From Octopus bimaculoides (taxonomy: Eukaryota): a stretch of DNA of 64,000 nucleotides. This document shows positions 39,631 through 51,974 of this stretch, piece after piece. The stretch lies in assembly GCF_001194135.2 (NCBI RefSeq), contig NC_068982.1:117610983-117674982 (forward strand). The letters are read 5' to 3'. Under the pieces are notes generated by a model, which ran no database searches, had not been told where the DNA came from, and worked only from the letters and a program-made list of their open reading frames with translations. Numbering within the stretch: the first letter of the stretch is position 1; every line of letters starts with the position of its first letter. The position numbers and the translations under genes are program-made.

Positions 39631-42600
39631 CCAGAACAATCAAATCAATTACACATGTCAAATAAACTTTATTTTCATTTACATATTTTCTACCTTATCT
39701 CAATATCCAGCTAAAGTTATTTCAAATACACTTCTCTACAACGACCAGGTTTCATTACAAAATGAAAATAGTTTCACACACTTTCAATTTCAAACAAAAT
39801 TACAATCTACAGCATTACGACAGTGACAATTTGTGGATAATGAAAGTAATATTTCTCCGAATTAGATTATAATAAAGAAAGTTGATTATCTACCAAATAA
39901 ACTATGTTTTTGACTCGACAACTCATATTTTCACAACTAAAATAGCCTCGGCAACTAGACTGGGTCGCACAATTTTGAGGTCATTTTCGGACAATATTTC
40001 GATTTATTTCTAATACTTTCACATTTGTCCGCTGTTTCCCACATGCGTAGAATTCTACTCGGACAAACATTTATAGAAATGTACGCATAAATATTGTATT
40101 AAAATAAGCCACAGCCCAAAAATTACTTTAAAAGACATCCATTTTTCTTTTTGTTATGAAGAAATACACCGTCATCTGTATGTATGTATATATGTATATA
40201 TATACATAGTGAAATTCAGAATAAAAAAGCGAAAATGCACATTGAATATCAAAAACATAATAGATGTTTTAATGAAAATTAGCGATAAATAACTACAATT
40301 AGATGAACTGAGGTAGAGTTAAGAGGAATTAAATTCATTATTTTGAATTGTTAAAGAGATTCGAAGCCAAACAGGTGTCGTCATTGCTGTTCACTTGCTT
40401 TGAATGCGTATCAATTATCAAACCGTGTTGGATCTGCTAGTCCCTGAGTAAAAAGATTTTGCAAGTGAGGTAAGTAGTTCTGGACGTGGTGCAATTAGGG
40501 TAGATATAATACTGTAATATGAATAGTATAAGGAATGTATGGGTATTTGGGGCATTACTGGTAAGGTTCGTATCAATCCGTCGAAGAACCACTCTTCACA
40601 AATAACAAATCCGCCACCCACAATACAAACAGATACAGGTCAGTGAACACATAGAAAGGTGTGCTAGGAAACTTAATCCTAATTTCCCAATTTTCCCCTT
40701 CTATCAACGTTCACAGAACACATCAGTGCAGCAAAGAATGAATAAAGAAGCAAATTTCATCAATAAATATCATCCACAACTTAACATGAACACATAATAC
40801 AGAACACTACTAACCTACAATTAATGCTATTAGCCTACCAACCATTTATTCACATACGTTTTATAGATAGAGATGTGACTGGTGTACCACATGCAGAAAT
40901 ACATGATATATTAATAAAGTTGCCCCAAATGTGTATTAAAGCTTCAACCCACCAGTGTGCAACACATCTTCCTTTCATGATAAAACCACTTATGATAAGT
41001 TATATATGTAACGAGCAAATATATTGATATAACTTAAAGTAGATGACTGGAATCGAACGTAGTTGATTGGTGTCATTTGCTGAATTTTCCCTTAAATTTT
41101 CTGTCGTGGCCCTCGTTAGAACACCCACAAACAAAGGAAATATTGCCGTAAAGAAAGAAAAAGAGTAACATATTCATAATTTATTTGACACTTTGGGTAT
41201 TGAATATTCACTGAACCTATGGAATATACATATTATTGTCGAATAATTATGCGATAATCGGATGTGATATTTCATTCCGCTGAGGCAACTACAGGCGAAC
41301 TGCTTCCTTATTAATCTCTTTTCCTTCTGACATTTAATAGGTTTCTTATAAAGCAAAACGAATGCCAGTATTGTAGACGAAAGTAAGTTGTATTTTCTTC
41401 ATTACTCAATAGATCTTTTAAATCTAAACCTAAACTACTGCTGTAACGGCATATATTCGGCATTTAATATCCGAACATCATGCAGTTACTCGATATTATA
41501 TTTCAGAAAGTTGTCTAATAACCAGCTTTCTTATCATTCATGCGAGTAATTATATTTAATTTACTAAACTACATATGTGAATTTTTTGGTTGATTTGAAT
41601 ATAATATAGCATTGGGGCGGTGACATTTTTTTCTAGAATAAAATATACATATTCGGAATGTTTCTAAAACGAAATGGCAATGATAATACAAAAAAATACT
41701 ATGGAGAAATCAGCAAGATATCTGATTAATTTCATGAAAGATGATAACATATCCTTTGATTACTACTGATTTGTTGAGAAGCATGATATTACCACTTTGT
41801 AATGCTGTCTTCAGCTATGTCTTCATTAATGAATTTCCAACTATAAAAGAAGAAATGGGGCATTAGAGAATCTTCGACATATTCATACATTCGCTGATGA
41901 TAATGTACTGTATATTCAGTTAAGCATCGACAGAGCAAATCGCCCGCGTGATAATTTGCATCCAATAATATATCATATGTCGTTTTTATTTCATTTTTGA
42001 AATGCATAATGTAATATAGGTTAATATAGATTATTGGCGCCCAAAATACGAAGATACCACACTAGTTTGTATTAGTTGTAATAATCAAACGAATTCATGA
42101 TATTTTGAAATCATTTCATACGCACGTATCTAGTCGCATAATACGTAACAGAAAATGTATCCACTAAATAAATCTTCCTCTGCTAAAGGATTTCCAAAAA
42201 TTCTCTCAAATGGAAGGTTCACGTAATGGATATATTACCTGTTATATATTGCTCAGACTTGGAAAGTAATCTCATTATTACAACGTCATATATATATATG
42301 TATATATGTATGCATACGTATATATATATATATANNNNNNNNNNNNNNNNNNNNNNNNNNNNNNNNNNNNNNNNNNNNNNNNNNNNNNNNNNNNNNNNNN
42401 NNNNNNNNNNNNNNNNNNNNNNNNNNNNNNNNNNNNNNNNNNNNNNNNNNNNNNNNNNNNNNNNNNNNNNNNNNNNNNNNNNNNNNNNNNNNNNNNNNNN
42501 NNNNNNNNNNNNNNNNNNNNNNNNNNNNNNNNNNNNNNNNNNNNNNNNNNNNNNNNNNNNNNNNNNNNNNNNNNNNNNNNNNNNNNNNNNNNNNNNNNNN

Positions 42601-43063
42601 NNNNNNNNNNNNNNNNNNNNNNNNNNNNNNNNNNNNNNNNNNNNNNNNNNNNNNNNNNNNNNNNNNNNNNNNNNNNNNNNNNNNNNNNNNNNNNNNNNNN
42701 NNNNNNNNNNNNNNNNNNNNNNNNNNNNNNNNNNNNNNNNNNNNNNNNNNNNNNNNNNNNNNNNNNNNNNNNNNNNNNNNNNNNNNNNNNNNNNNNNNNN
42801 NNNNNNNNNNNNNNNNNNNNNNNNNNNNNNNNNNNNNNNNNNNNNNNNNNNNNNNNNNNNNNNNNNNNNNNNNNNNNNNNNNNNNNNNNNNNNNNNNNNN
42901 NNNNNNNNNNNNNNNNNNNNNNNNNNNNNNNNNNNNNNNNNNNNNNNNNNNNNNNNNNNNNNNNNNNNNNNNNNNNNNNNNNNNNNNNNNNNNNNNNNNN
43001 NNNNNNNNNNNNNNNNNNNNNNNNNNNNNNNNNNNNNNNNNNNNNNNNNNNNNNNNNNNNNNN

Positions 43064-43110
<47 letters not shown>

Positions 43111-43280
43111 ATGCATGTGTATATATGCAAGCAAACATAGATGTATGGATAAATACATTCACACAGACATATGTATACACACACATACGCACACACACAC
43201 ACACACACACGCACACACAAACACACACACACACACATACACACACACCACACACACACACACACCTATATATATACACA

Positions 43281-43705
43281 GCTTGGCTGTGATGTGTGAT
43301 AAGAAGCTTGCTTCCCAGCCACATGGTTTCATGTTTAGGCTCACATCATGGTATCTAGGCAAGGTTCTTCTAGAAGAGCCTCGAGTAGACCAAAGCCTTG
43401 TGAGTGGATTTCGTATAAGGAAACTGAAAGAAGCTGGTCGTATATGTATATATATGCGTGTGGGTGTTTCTATGTATATATGTGTGTATGTGTGTGTGTC
43501 TGTGATTTTCATAGCATCATCGTTTCACAATTGACGTTGGGATGTTTGCGTTACTGTAACATAGCGTTTCGGCGAAAAAGACTGATAAAGTACTAGACTT
43601 ACAAAGAATAAGTCCCGGGATCGATTTGTTCGATTAAAGGCGTTGCCCCAGCATGGCCGCAGTCAAATGACTGAAACAGGTATCAGAATAAAACAATAAA
43701 GGAAT
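43281..43705 (+). mobile_element. Near full-length tRNA-derived SINE family B with internal (TA/TG)n
   Basis: Degenerate tRNA-like head (GGCTGTGATGTGTGATAAGAAGCTTGCTTCCCAGCC), central GACCAAAGCCTTGTGAGTGGATTT...GGAAACTGAAAGAAGC (Deu/Nin-like from memory, unverified), and 3' CCAGCATGGCCGCAGTCAAATGACTGAAAC. Confidence 0.8.
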
Positions 43706-44072
43706 NNNNNNNNNNNNNNNNNNNNNNNNNNNNNNNNNNNNNNNNNNNNNNNNNNNNNNNNNNNNNNNNNNNNNNNNNNNNNNNNNNNNNNNNNNNNNNN
43801 NNNNNNNNNNNNNNNNNNNNNNNNNNNNNNNNNNNNNNNNNNNNNNNNNNNNNNNNNNNNNNNNNNNNNNNNNNNNNNNNNNNNNNNNNNNNNNNNNNNN
43901 NNNNNNNNNNNNNNNNNTGTATGTATGTATGTATGTATATATACGCATATACATTTCCACTGGATCATATACCGCCGATTCTTTACTCTTTTACCAAAAG
44001 AAATGACATGAATATAGAGATATGACAGCTCGCATAATAATGATGATGATGATGATGATGATGATGATAATA

Positions 44073-44116
<44 letters not shown>

Positions 44117-44136
44117 CAATAATAATAATAATAATA

Positions 44137-44451
44137 CCAGCAGATGACAACGTTTCCCTAAAAGAAGTGGAAACACTTTCAAAATAAAAAAAACCTGGAA
44201 ATAGAGGTAACTCGAATGTGGAATCTAAAAACAGAAACAATTCCTATCATAGTAGGTGCCTTAGGTATAAATACAGAAAATGCACTACTGGGCACTGCAC
44301 ACATTCTACGCAAATCACTTTCAATACAGTAACCATAAGAGTATCACAGCAAACCACAGCACATACCCAAGGCACACAGAGTTGCGCTCGGTAGTGAAGT
44401 GAAAGCACGTTATAAAAATAAAACTACTGAACAATAATAATAATAATAATG

Positions 44452-44540
<89 letters not shown>
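44137..44540 (+). mobile_element. R4/Dong-type RLE retrotransposon 3' end, copy 1 (subfamily alpha) with (TAA)n tail
   Basis: PADDNVSLKEVETLSK...LEIEVTRMWNLKTETIPIIVGALG...ALLGTAHILRKSLSIQ* (stop 44330-44332). 3' UTR to 44432, TAA tail 44433-44540. About 57 bp deleted relative to the 47782-48087 copy. Confidence 0.85.
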
Positions 44541-44542
<2 letters not shown>

Positions 44543-45490
44543 AAGGAGCAGATGGAGCCTCGCCATGTACTGATTAATAATACATCTAGCGAAGGTGTCA
44601 CAATAGAAACACTGATAATTGCACAACTTGATAATAGCTAAAAGCAGAGTGAAAAATTCATATTAGCTGCTCCAGACCAAAGCTTATTAACCCGTAACTA
44701 CCAAGCCAATGTGATAAAAAATGGAGCTGACCCAAAATGACGATTCTGTAACGATGTTATTGAAACTATAGACCACCTAATCTCAGGGTGTAGAGTCTTA
44801 ACACCTGTAGAATATAAAGCAAGACATGACAGAGTCGGCCAGTATTTACAATGGACAATACGTCGGCATTATAAAATCACAACCGCTGACAACTTGTATA
44901 AACACCATCCTGAAGCTGTGACTGAGGGAGAAAATGTATCGATTCTCTGGGTATTCCCCGTACCTACAGACAAAACTATAAAAGCTAATAAATCGGATAT
45001 TATCATAAAAGAACAGACAAAACAGTTTTGTTTATTAATTGATATGAGTATTCCTTGAGATCTCAATATAGCAACGAAAGAATTTGACAAGATCAGTAAA
45101 TATATATACTTGCTAATAGAAATTGAAAAAAATGTGGCACCTCAAGGCGACTCCCATACCAGTGATTGTAGGATCTCTAGAATAATAAAAAAAAGGTAAT
45201 AAAACTAATAAAACTATTTGAAAATGATATCAGGCTCCCCATCCCAATAGGAAGTGCAAAACATCGTGTTAACTGGAAAACGCATGTACTGAGAAGAGCA
45301 TTATCGCTGTGAAAACAACATGGATTTATTTATATATTATTTTTTTTAAAAATACATATTTTACCTGTGAATTTGCGTGTGTAAACTGGGAATGCATACT
45401 ATGAGCTTCTCTGGCCTAGGTATACGGAAAACACTCGGTGAGAAATGGAAGAAAATTTGAAGATAAAGACAACAGCAACAACAACAACAA
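44541..45490 (+). mobile_element. R4/Dong-type RLE retrotransposon 3' portion, divergent subfamily beta, (CAA)n tail
   Basis: FILAAPDQSLLTRNYQ; zinc knuckle *RFC...ETIDHLISGC; YKARHDRV; RLE motifs KANKSDIIIK and LIDMSIP; PIPVIVGSL; HVLRRALSL* (45310-45312). Different 3' UTR; several stops. Confidence 0.85.
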
Positions 45491-45674
45491 CCAGGACTTA
45501 CAAATATATATAACATACAGAAAATTGCACTACTGGGCACTGCACACATCCTACGCAAAACACTTTCAATACAGTAACCATAAGAGCATCACAGCAAACC
45601 ACAGCACATACCCAAGGCACACAGAGCTGCTCTCAGTATTGAAGTGAAAGCACGTTATAAAAACAAAACTACTG

Positions 45675-45768
<94 letters not shown>
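45491..45768 (+). mobile_element. R4/Dong-type 3' end, copy 3 (subfamily alpha), heavily 5'-truncated
   Basis: PGLTNIYNIQKIALLGTAHILRKTLSIQ* (stop 45575-45577). Same 3' UTR as copy 1; tail is (CAA)n then (TAA)n. Confidence 0.88.
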
Positions 45769-45770
<2 letters not shown>

Positions 45771-46345
45771 AAATGCCTTGATGAAGTTCCAGGCAGTGGC
45801 ATTCATGGTTTCTTATCTTAAAAGATTGGAAGTTTTATCATGTACATCGTTTTATCTTGGTACAAAAGATGGGCTACAGCAAATATTCTGCTCAATACTA
45901 GAGACTTGCTTTTACCATAACCAGTTATGCATGTCCCTTATTGGCTGAAGATATGTGCATCTCTGATCATGAGCAGATCTAATGGGGGGGGGCATCCTAG
46001 CTATGCGTTGGGAGGAATTCTTTGGGGTTTGGATAATTCACCTTTGAAATATGGGTGTTCAACGTCCTTAAGTACCTTTTATTCAGGGAAGGTTTGAGTG
46101 GGATGGGGTACCCGACGTGAAGAAAATTCTAACTAGGCCCCTCCAGCGAGTCCCAATGCTGCTTATCTTGATATGAGATCACTATCTCACGTACATATGG
46201 TTGAGATGCGTGTGCTTGGTGTATTCTTATCAGACGGGTAGTCATGACGGGTATACTGTGTTTCGTATATTTTACCCCAGTGTCACTCTCATGACATTCA
46301 CTGCTCTCTCACTCAGTAATAATAATAATTATAATAACTATTATA
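45769..46345 (+). mobile_element. Non-coding element of about 550 bp bounded by (TAA)n arrays
   Basis: Higher-complexity, GC-richer block 45769-46315 with no recognisable ORF or tRNA boxes. Ends CTGCTCTCTCACTCA followed by (TAA)n. Confidence 0.55.
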
Positions 46346-46349
46346 ATAT

Positions 46350-46557
46350 CAACACTAAACACTTTGTTTAGAGAAGGGTATACTTAAAGTGAATGAGCAG
46401 AGATTAGTTGAAGTTAATTCTATAAGGAGATGAAAGTGGATGACAGAATTGGAGGTAGAAAAGATCACAAGAGAACTTGAAAAGAAAGACTAGGTAGTAG
46501 GTAAGATGTAAAACAACATAAGTGATACAGCTCTAACCAAAGAAGAACCTAAAGGAA
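46350..46557 (+). mobile_element. Decayed N-terminal ORF segment of an R4/Dong-type element
   Basis: EKGILKVNEQRLV..VNSIRR*KWMTELEVEKITREL resembles the N-terminal EQRL..Q...I....W....E.E motif of these elements. Runs in frame into AAT codons. Confidence 0.6.
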
Positions 46558-46584
46558 ATAATAATAATAATATTATTATTATTA

Positions 46585-46664
<80 letters not shown>

Positions 46665-46665
<1 letters not shown>

Positions 46666-48083
46666 GAGTCAATGAACTAGATAGGATACAACATACACAA
46701 ATGAAAGAAAAAATAAAGAAAGAGTACTATAGACGAGTTAGATCAATACTAAAAACAGAGCTCAATGCTAAAAACAAGATAATGGGTATCAACACTTTAG
46801 CTGTCCCAGTTATAAGCTACAGCTACAACATCCTTAACTGGACACTAAACGAACTATGTAAAATAGACAGGAAAACAAGAAAAATAATGACAGGATATAG
46901 GATGCACCACCCAAAATCTGACATAGAAAGGCTATATATACAACGCACAGAAGGTGGNNNNNNNNNNNNNNNNNNNNNNNNNNNNNNNNNNNNNNNNNNN
47001 NNNNNNNNNNNNNNNNNNNNNNNNNNNNNNNNNNNNNNNNNNNNNNNNNNNNNNNNNNNNNNNNNNNNNNNNNNNNNNNNNNNNNNNNNNNNNNNNNNNN
47101 NNNNNNNNNNNNNNNNNNNNNNNNNNNNNNNNNNNNNNNNNNNNNNNNNNNNNNNNNNNNNNNNNNNNNNNNNNNNNNNNNNNNNNNNNNNNNNNNNNNN
47201 NNNNNNNNNNNNNNNNNNNNNNNNNNNNNNNNNNNNNNNNNNNNNNNNNNNNNNNNNNNNNNNNNNNNNNNNNNNNNNNNNNNNNNNNNNNNNNNNNNNN
47301 NNNNNNNNNNNNNNNNNNNNNNNNNNNNNNNNNNNNNNNNNNNNNNNNNNNNNNNNNNNNNNNNNNNNNNNNNNNNNNNNNNNNNNNNNNNNNNNNNNNN
47401 NNNNNNNNNNNNNNNNNNNNNNNNNNNNNNNNNNNNNNNNNNNNNNNNNNNNNNNNNNNNNNNNNNNNNNNNNNNNNNNNNNNNNNNNNNNNNNNNNNNN
47501 NNNNNNNNNNNNNNNNNNNNNNNNNNNNNNNNNNNNNNNNNNNNNNNNNNNNNNNNNNNNNNNNNNNNNNNNNNNNNNNNNNNNNNNNNNNNNNNNNNNN
47601 NNNNNNNNNNNNNNNNNNNNNNNNNNNNNNNNNNNNNNNNNNNNNNNNNNNNNNNNNNNNNNNNNNNNNNNNNNNNNNNNNNNNNNNNNNNNNNNNNNNN
47701 NNNNNNNNNNNNNNNNNNNNNNNNNNNNNNNNNNNNNNNNNNNNNNNNNNNNNNNNNNNNNNNNNNNNNNNNNNNNNNNNNATACAAAGACCTGGAAATA
47801 GAGATAACTCGAATGTGGAATCTAAAAACAGAAACAATTCCTATCATAGTAGGTGCCTTAGGTATAATAAAAAAATATTCAGACAAATACATAACAAAAA
47901 TAGCAGGACTTACAAATATATATAACATACAGAAAATTGCACTACTGGGTACTGCACACATCCTACGCAAAACACTTTCAACACAGTAAACATAAGAGCA
48001 CCACAGCAAACCACAGCACATACCCAAGGCGCACAGAGCTGCGCTCAGTAGTGAAGTGAAAGCACGTTATAAAAATAAAACTA

Positions 48084-48129
<46 letters not shown>

Positions 48130-48146
48130 TTAATAATAATAATAAT
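46665..48146 (+). mobile_element. R4/Dong-type RLE retrotransposon, copy 5 (subfamily alpha), 5'-truncated; ORF open on both sides of an 824-N gap
   Basis: GVNELDRIQHTQMKEKIKKEYYRRVRSILKTELNAKNKIMGINTLAVPVISYSY...DRKTRK...MHHPKSDIERLYIQRTEGG; gap 46958-47781; then YKDLEIEITRMWNLKTETIPIIVGALG...ILRKTLSTQ* (47987-47989). TAA tail 48088-48146. Confidence 0.9.
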
Positions 48147-48927
48147 AGTGCTACTAATAAGGAGAGGACAAATTTCACCAGCCACTTAAGTGATATAAAT
48201 GAGGAAGATCAGAAGGTTTTAGATGAGTTGCAGGAAGTAATAATTAAAGAAGTTAGAAAAAGATTGCCAGCATTAAAAGGCACCAATAGAAGGAAGTTAC
48301 TAGATATCACTAGGAAAGTAGATTCTGCTATCAGTAGGATAGATAGTAAAAATATAGGAGATACTAATTTACTTATCTATGCAGGAGGGGTAGTAGTCAA
48401 CTGAAGATTGCGTATCTCACAGTTAAGGATTAGAAGAAAACAAATGTGGAAATGAAGACTACAAAATAAAGTGAAGACTTTAAGACACGATGTGCATAAA
48501 ATACAAGCCTGGAAATTGAACAAGTTTGGAAACACAAGACGCAAATCTTCCCTTGAGAATAGATACTTAGTCAAATAGACAAGATTTGGAGCAGTAATAA
48601 ATGGTCTGAAACAGCATATAATAGCAATTGCGGGGTCGATTTCCAGATATCAGAAAATAATAAATTAGTATCTAAAAAATAAATTATTTGAGACAGACCA
48701 GCTCAGATGTATAACTATATAAATAGTCGAGAACGAAGTACTGAAGATGGGAAACCTTATGCAGAAGAGGCTTGATAGTTCTGGAATGTTCCAGTCAATG
48801 ATAATAGATATATAGAATGGTTAATGAAAGTGAGGGAAGAAGTAGCGAGTAAGAAGAAGCCATATCTAAGACTAACCAGTACATTAATGAGTTAAGTGTT
48901 AGGGAAAATCCCAAATTGGAAAAGCCT
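48147..48927 (+). mobile_element. Decayed R4/Dong-type ORF, from the linker to the start of the RT; 3' part missing
   Basis: KRLPALKG, DTNLLIYAGGVVV, WK*RLQNKVKTLRHD, LKQHIIAIAGSISRY, NKLFETDQ, EEA**FW, IEWL, VLGKIPNWKS (NWKAPGPD-like). Many stops. Confidence 0.8.
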
Positions 48928-49809
48928 TTGACGAGCACTTTGACAACCAGAATTTACTGCCAGAAGAACATTGTACAGACATAGTATCTGGGTCATCTGC
49001 GCTTCAAACTTACTCTTAAATCTGTTTCAATCGATAGAGTGATCATGTTTGTTATCCTCTCCCGTTGGACTGGCTTCACATGAAGAAGCACCTCCAGTGT
49101 GATCCCAGTCCAGTTCGCCCTCGTCCAATAAAACACTAACATGAATATCATTACTAAATTGTTTTTTGCGGTTAATTTTCTACGGTGGGAGGGGATTAAG
49201 AGAAACTCTTTTGTGTAGTAGTTTATTCAGACAGTTGATGTTCTGTTTCAAATTCAGTTGGTACTTTTTATTTGTTTCTAATTCAAATACTTATAAGCAG
49301 TATAGATTATCCGATACCATAATTATATTTCTATCCTCCTTTTGTCAGGTATGAACAACAGAAATCAATGTTTGTTACAAAAAAATATTTTAAAAATTAT
49401 TTTAAAAATATTATGAACAGGAGATAATCAAGACAAAAAAAGGTAAAAGTGTTGATGACATAGAAAAGTATCTTTTGAACAAGACAATGAAACTGAATAA
49501 ATTATTGTACTCCTTATATTTTCTAATAAAGCCTATGAAGGTAAGATGCACATTCTAATATCAGATAAGACGATGCTTCTTTTATATGTATTACATCTGT
49601 TATCGGTAATCCACCGAGATTATATAATATATCTCACTATATTCAGGGATTTATATTTTTTTTCTAATAATCAAATAATGAATCCTATTCGCAACGCTTC
49701 TTAATGACATTTTGTTAGGTAATTTAATTTTTCCTTTGTTGGTTCCTTCCAAAATAGCAGGCATATAAGATATAACCATGCTTGTAACTTAAAACTTTTC
49801 AATATGTTT

Positions 49810-49810
<1 letters not shown>

Positions 49811-49866
<56 letters not shown>

Positions 49867-49910
49867 CATCTATCTATCTAGCTATCTGTCTGTCTGTCTG
49901 TCTGTCTGTC
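49811..49910. repeat. (ATCT)n/(GTCT)n microsatellite
   Basis: Visible directly. Confidence 0.97.
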
Positions 49911-50141
49911 TCCAAGCGAAACTAACTTGCTAGTATACTTACCTCGCTCACTGTGGGGTGGTTATCACCTCTGTCAGTGAATAGACAATGTGCTTTTCGT
50001 GATTATAAGGTGTTTGTCTCTTGTTCCTGGCAATGTCGGTGCTAATCTGCATTCTTAGTCGCTATTACTGACAACTGACTTTTCCTGTATTATTATATTG
50101 CGTCCAGCCACCTTCGTTAATACACACACAAACACACACAC

Positions 50142-50200
<59 letters not shown>

Positions 50201-50302
50201 NNNNNNNNNNNNNNNNNNNNNNNNNNNNNNNNNNNNNNNNNNNNNNNNNNNNNNNNNNNNNNNNNNNNNNNNNNNNNNNNNNNNNNNNNNNNNNNNNNNN
50301 NN

Positions 50303-50347
<45 letters not shown>

Positions 50348-51974
50348 TATATATATATAACTATGTTATTGTGTCTATCATTGGACATTTATTTAATCTG
50401 CGGAGAAAAGGAAGCATGGCGTATGTACAACTAATTTGCCAAATTGAGGAGAAGATGGTACCAATACAAATAGTTTCTAGTGACATTAGAGTTTCATTAG
50501 AGAGAGAAAGTGTTTGAACACTGAATGTATGTGGTTTTCTCCTTTATAAAACTGGAAGCAAATATAGTCTGTATATGAAGAGAAAATATGTATTTTGTGA
50601 TAGACATCTAATAACTCATATTGAACAGTTTATGCTCGAGGGAAAGTCTTTGATATAACTACTTAATTTTCTGAACGGGTTTAAACTTAATGTGTTTTGA
50701 GTGAGGGTACAATATATGTCAAATAATCAAAAATACGACGTGTTGTAATGCAGTACGCAGACACATACACACATAGTATGTACATATGTATATGTTCCTG
50801 TGCGTGAATCTATAGACAGACACACGCACATGCACAAATATAGATATTGTCATAAGTTGTGTTTAATAGCCAATCAAAATTTGCAATTCGTTTTTCCTTT
50901 CAGTATTTACTTTCTATATATGATGTTTATTTACGAATTTGTTTCTAAATGTTCTCGAAGACCTGGTCATTATGATGACTTGCTATTGCAGTGATTTTAA
51001 TTGTTCCTGCAGTTGTTTCGTTTAGATTATATTTTTTCCGAAAATTCTTACGAACACATTCCATTTTGAAGATAATATAATATATTCCTTTTCGTTTCCA
51101 CAGAAATAATATATCTTGACACTTTAAACACTATTATTCAATTCCAAACGTATTTAATAGAATATGTAAAAATGATTCTAACTAGAACGCTAGTTGAAAG
51201 CATAATATGGTTTGCACAGTGTAGAAAAGAGGAAATACTAAACAGAAAAAAGAAACGACGATGTAATTGTTTTTATAGACCAAAATCAAAACTTGTGCGC
51301 CATCCAATGCCTTCTAGTGCTGTATTCTGAAGCAATACTAATAACTTGAAGTACATATATATTTCATGAATAAATTATGTAACATGATAATAATCAGTTT
51401 AGGAAGAGAATGTCTACTTCGTCGTGTTGTTTAGTGTCACTACGAAGAGGATGTCTATTATGTTGTCGTGTCTATTTATTAGCATTTTTTTTTTTTTGAA
51501 AATATATTTAGTCTTTTATCGTAGGTTTACTTTTGGATGTATTTGAAAATATTTTAATGCAGAAAAATATAAGTTAGAAGCCAAAACATGATGCGTGTTT
51601 TATATTGAGAACCTACACTTTGGAATGCCCGTAGTTGACATATAAGGCTATTTTGTTCTATAAAAATTCATACACTTACTTTTGACACCTTTAAAACGTG
51701 ACAAAATCTTTGCCTAATATTATGGAAATATATTAAGATTCAAAGAATGAAGATATATTTCTTTACAAAATGTGTATGGTTGCTTAATAATTGTATAGCT
51801 TCATCTTTATGTATATATTAATTGTTCCACCTTTCTCACATTCAATTGTCGTTGTAAACTAGTACAGAGTAAAACTATTTTCTAGTCATTATTCAGAAAT
51901 TTCGTTCATGAGAGTTTTACAGAAATTAATTTGACTTTCTTTACCAAACGTGGACCAAGATTAAAAAGGACTCC

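Noticed and set aside
40375-40475. Strong donor GAG|GTAAGT at 40470 as an exon end
   Set aside because: The upstream candidate exon has stops in all three frames and a weak acceptor.
42219-43324. ORFs of 290-348 aa (also 28606-29553, 32552-33154, 46834-48027, 53785-54579)
   Set aside because: Their length comes from N-runs translated as X.
44035-48146. CRISPR-like repeat-spacer array
   Set aside because: The repeats are variable-length trinucleotide tails and the intervening blocks are retrotransposon segments. The context is eukaryotic and there are no cas genes.
49935-50090. Strong minus-strand donor GAG|GTAAGT near 49942
   Set aside because: No convincing coding exon upstream. A UTR exon cannot be supported without transcript data.
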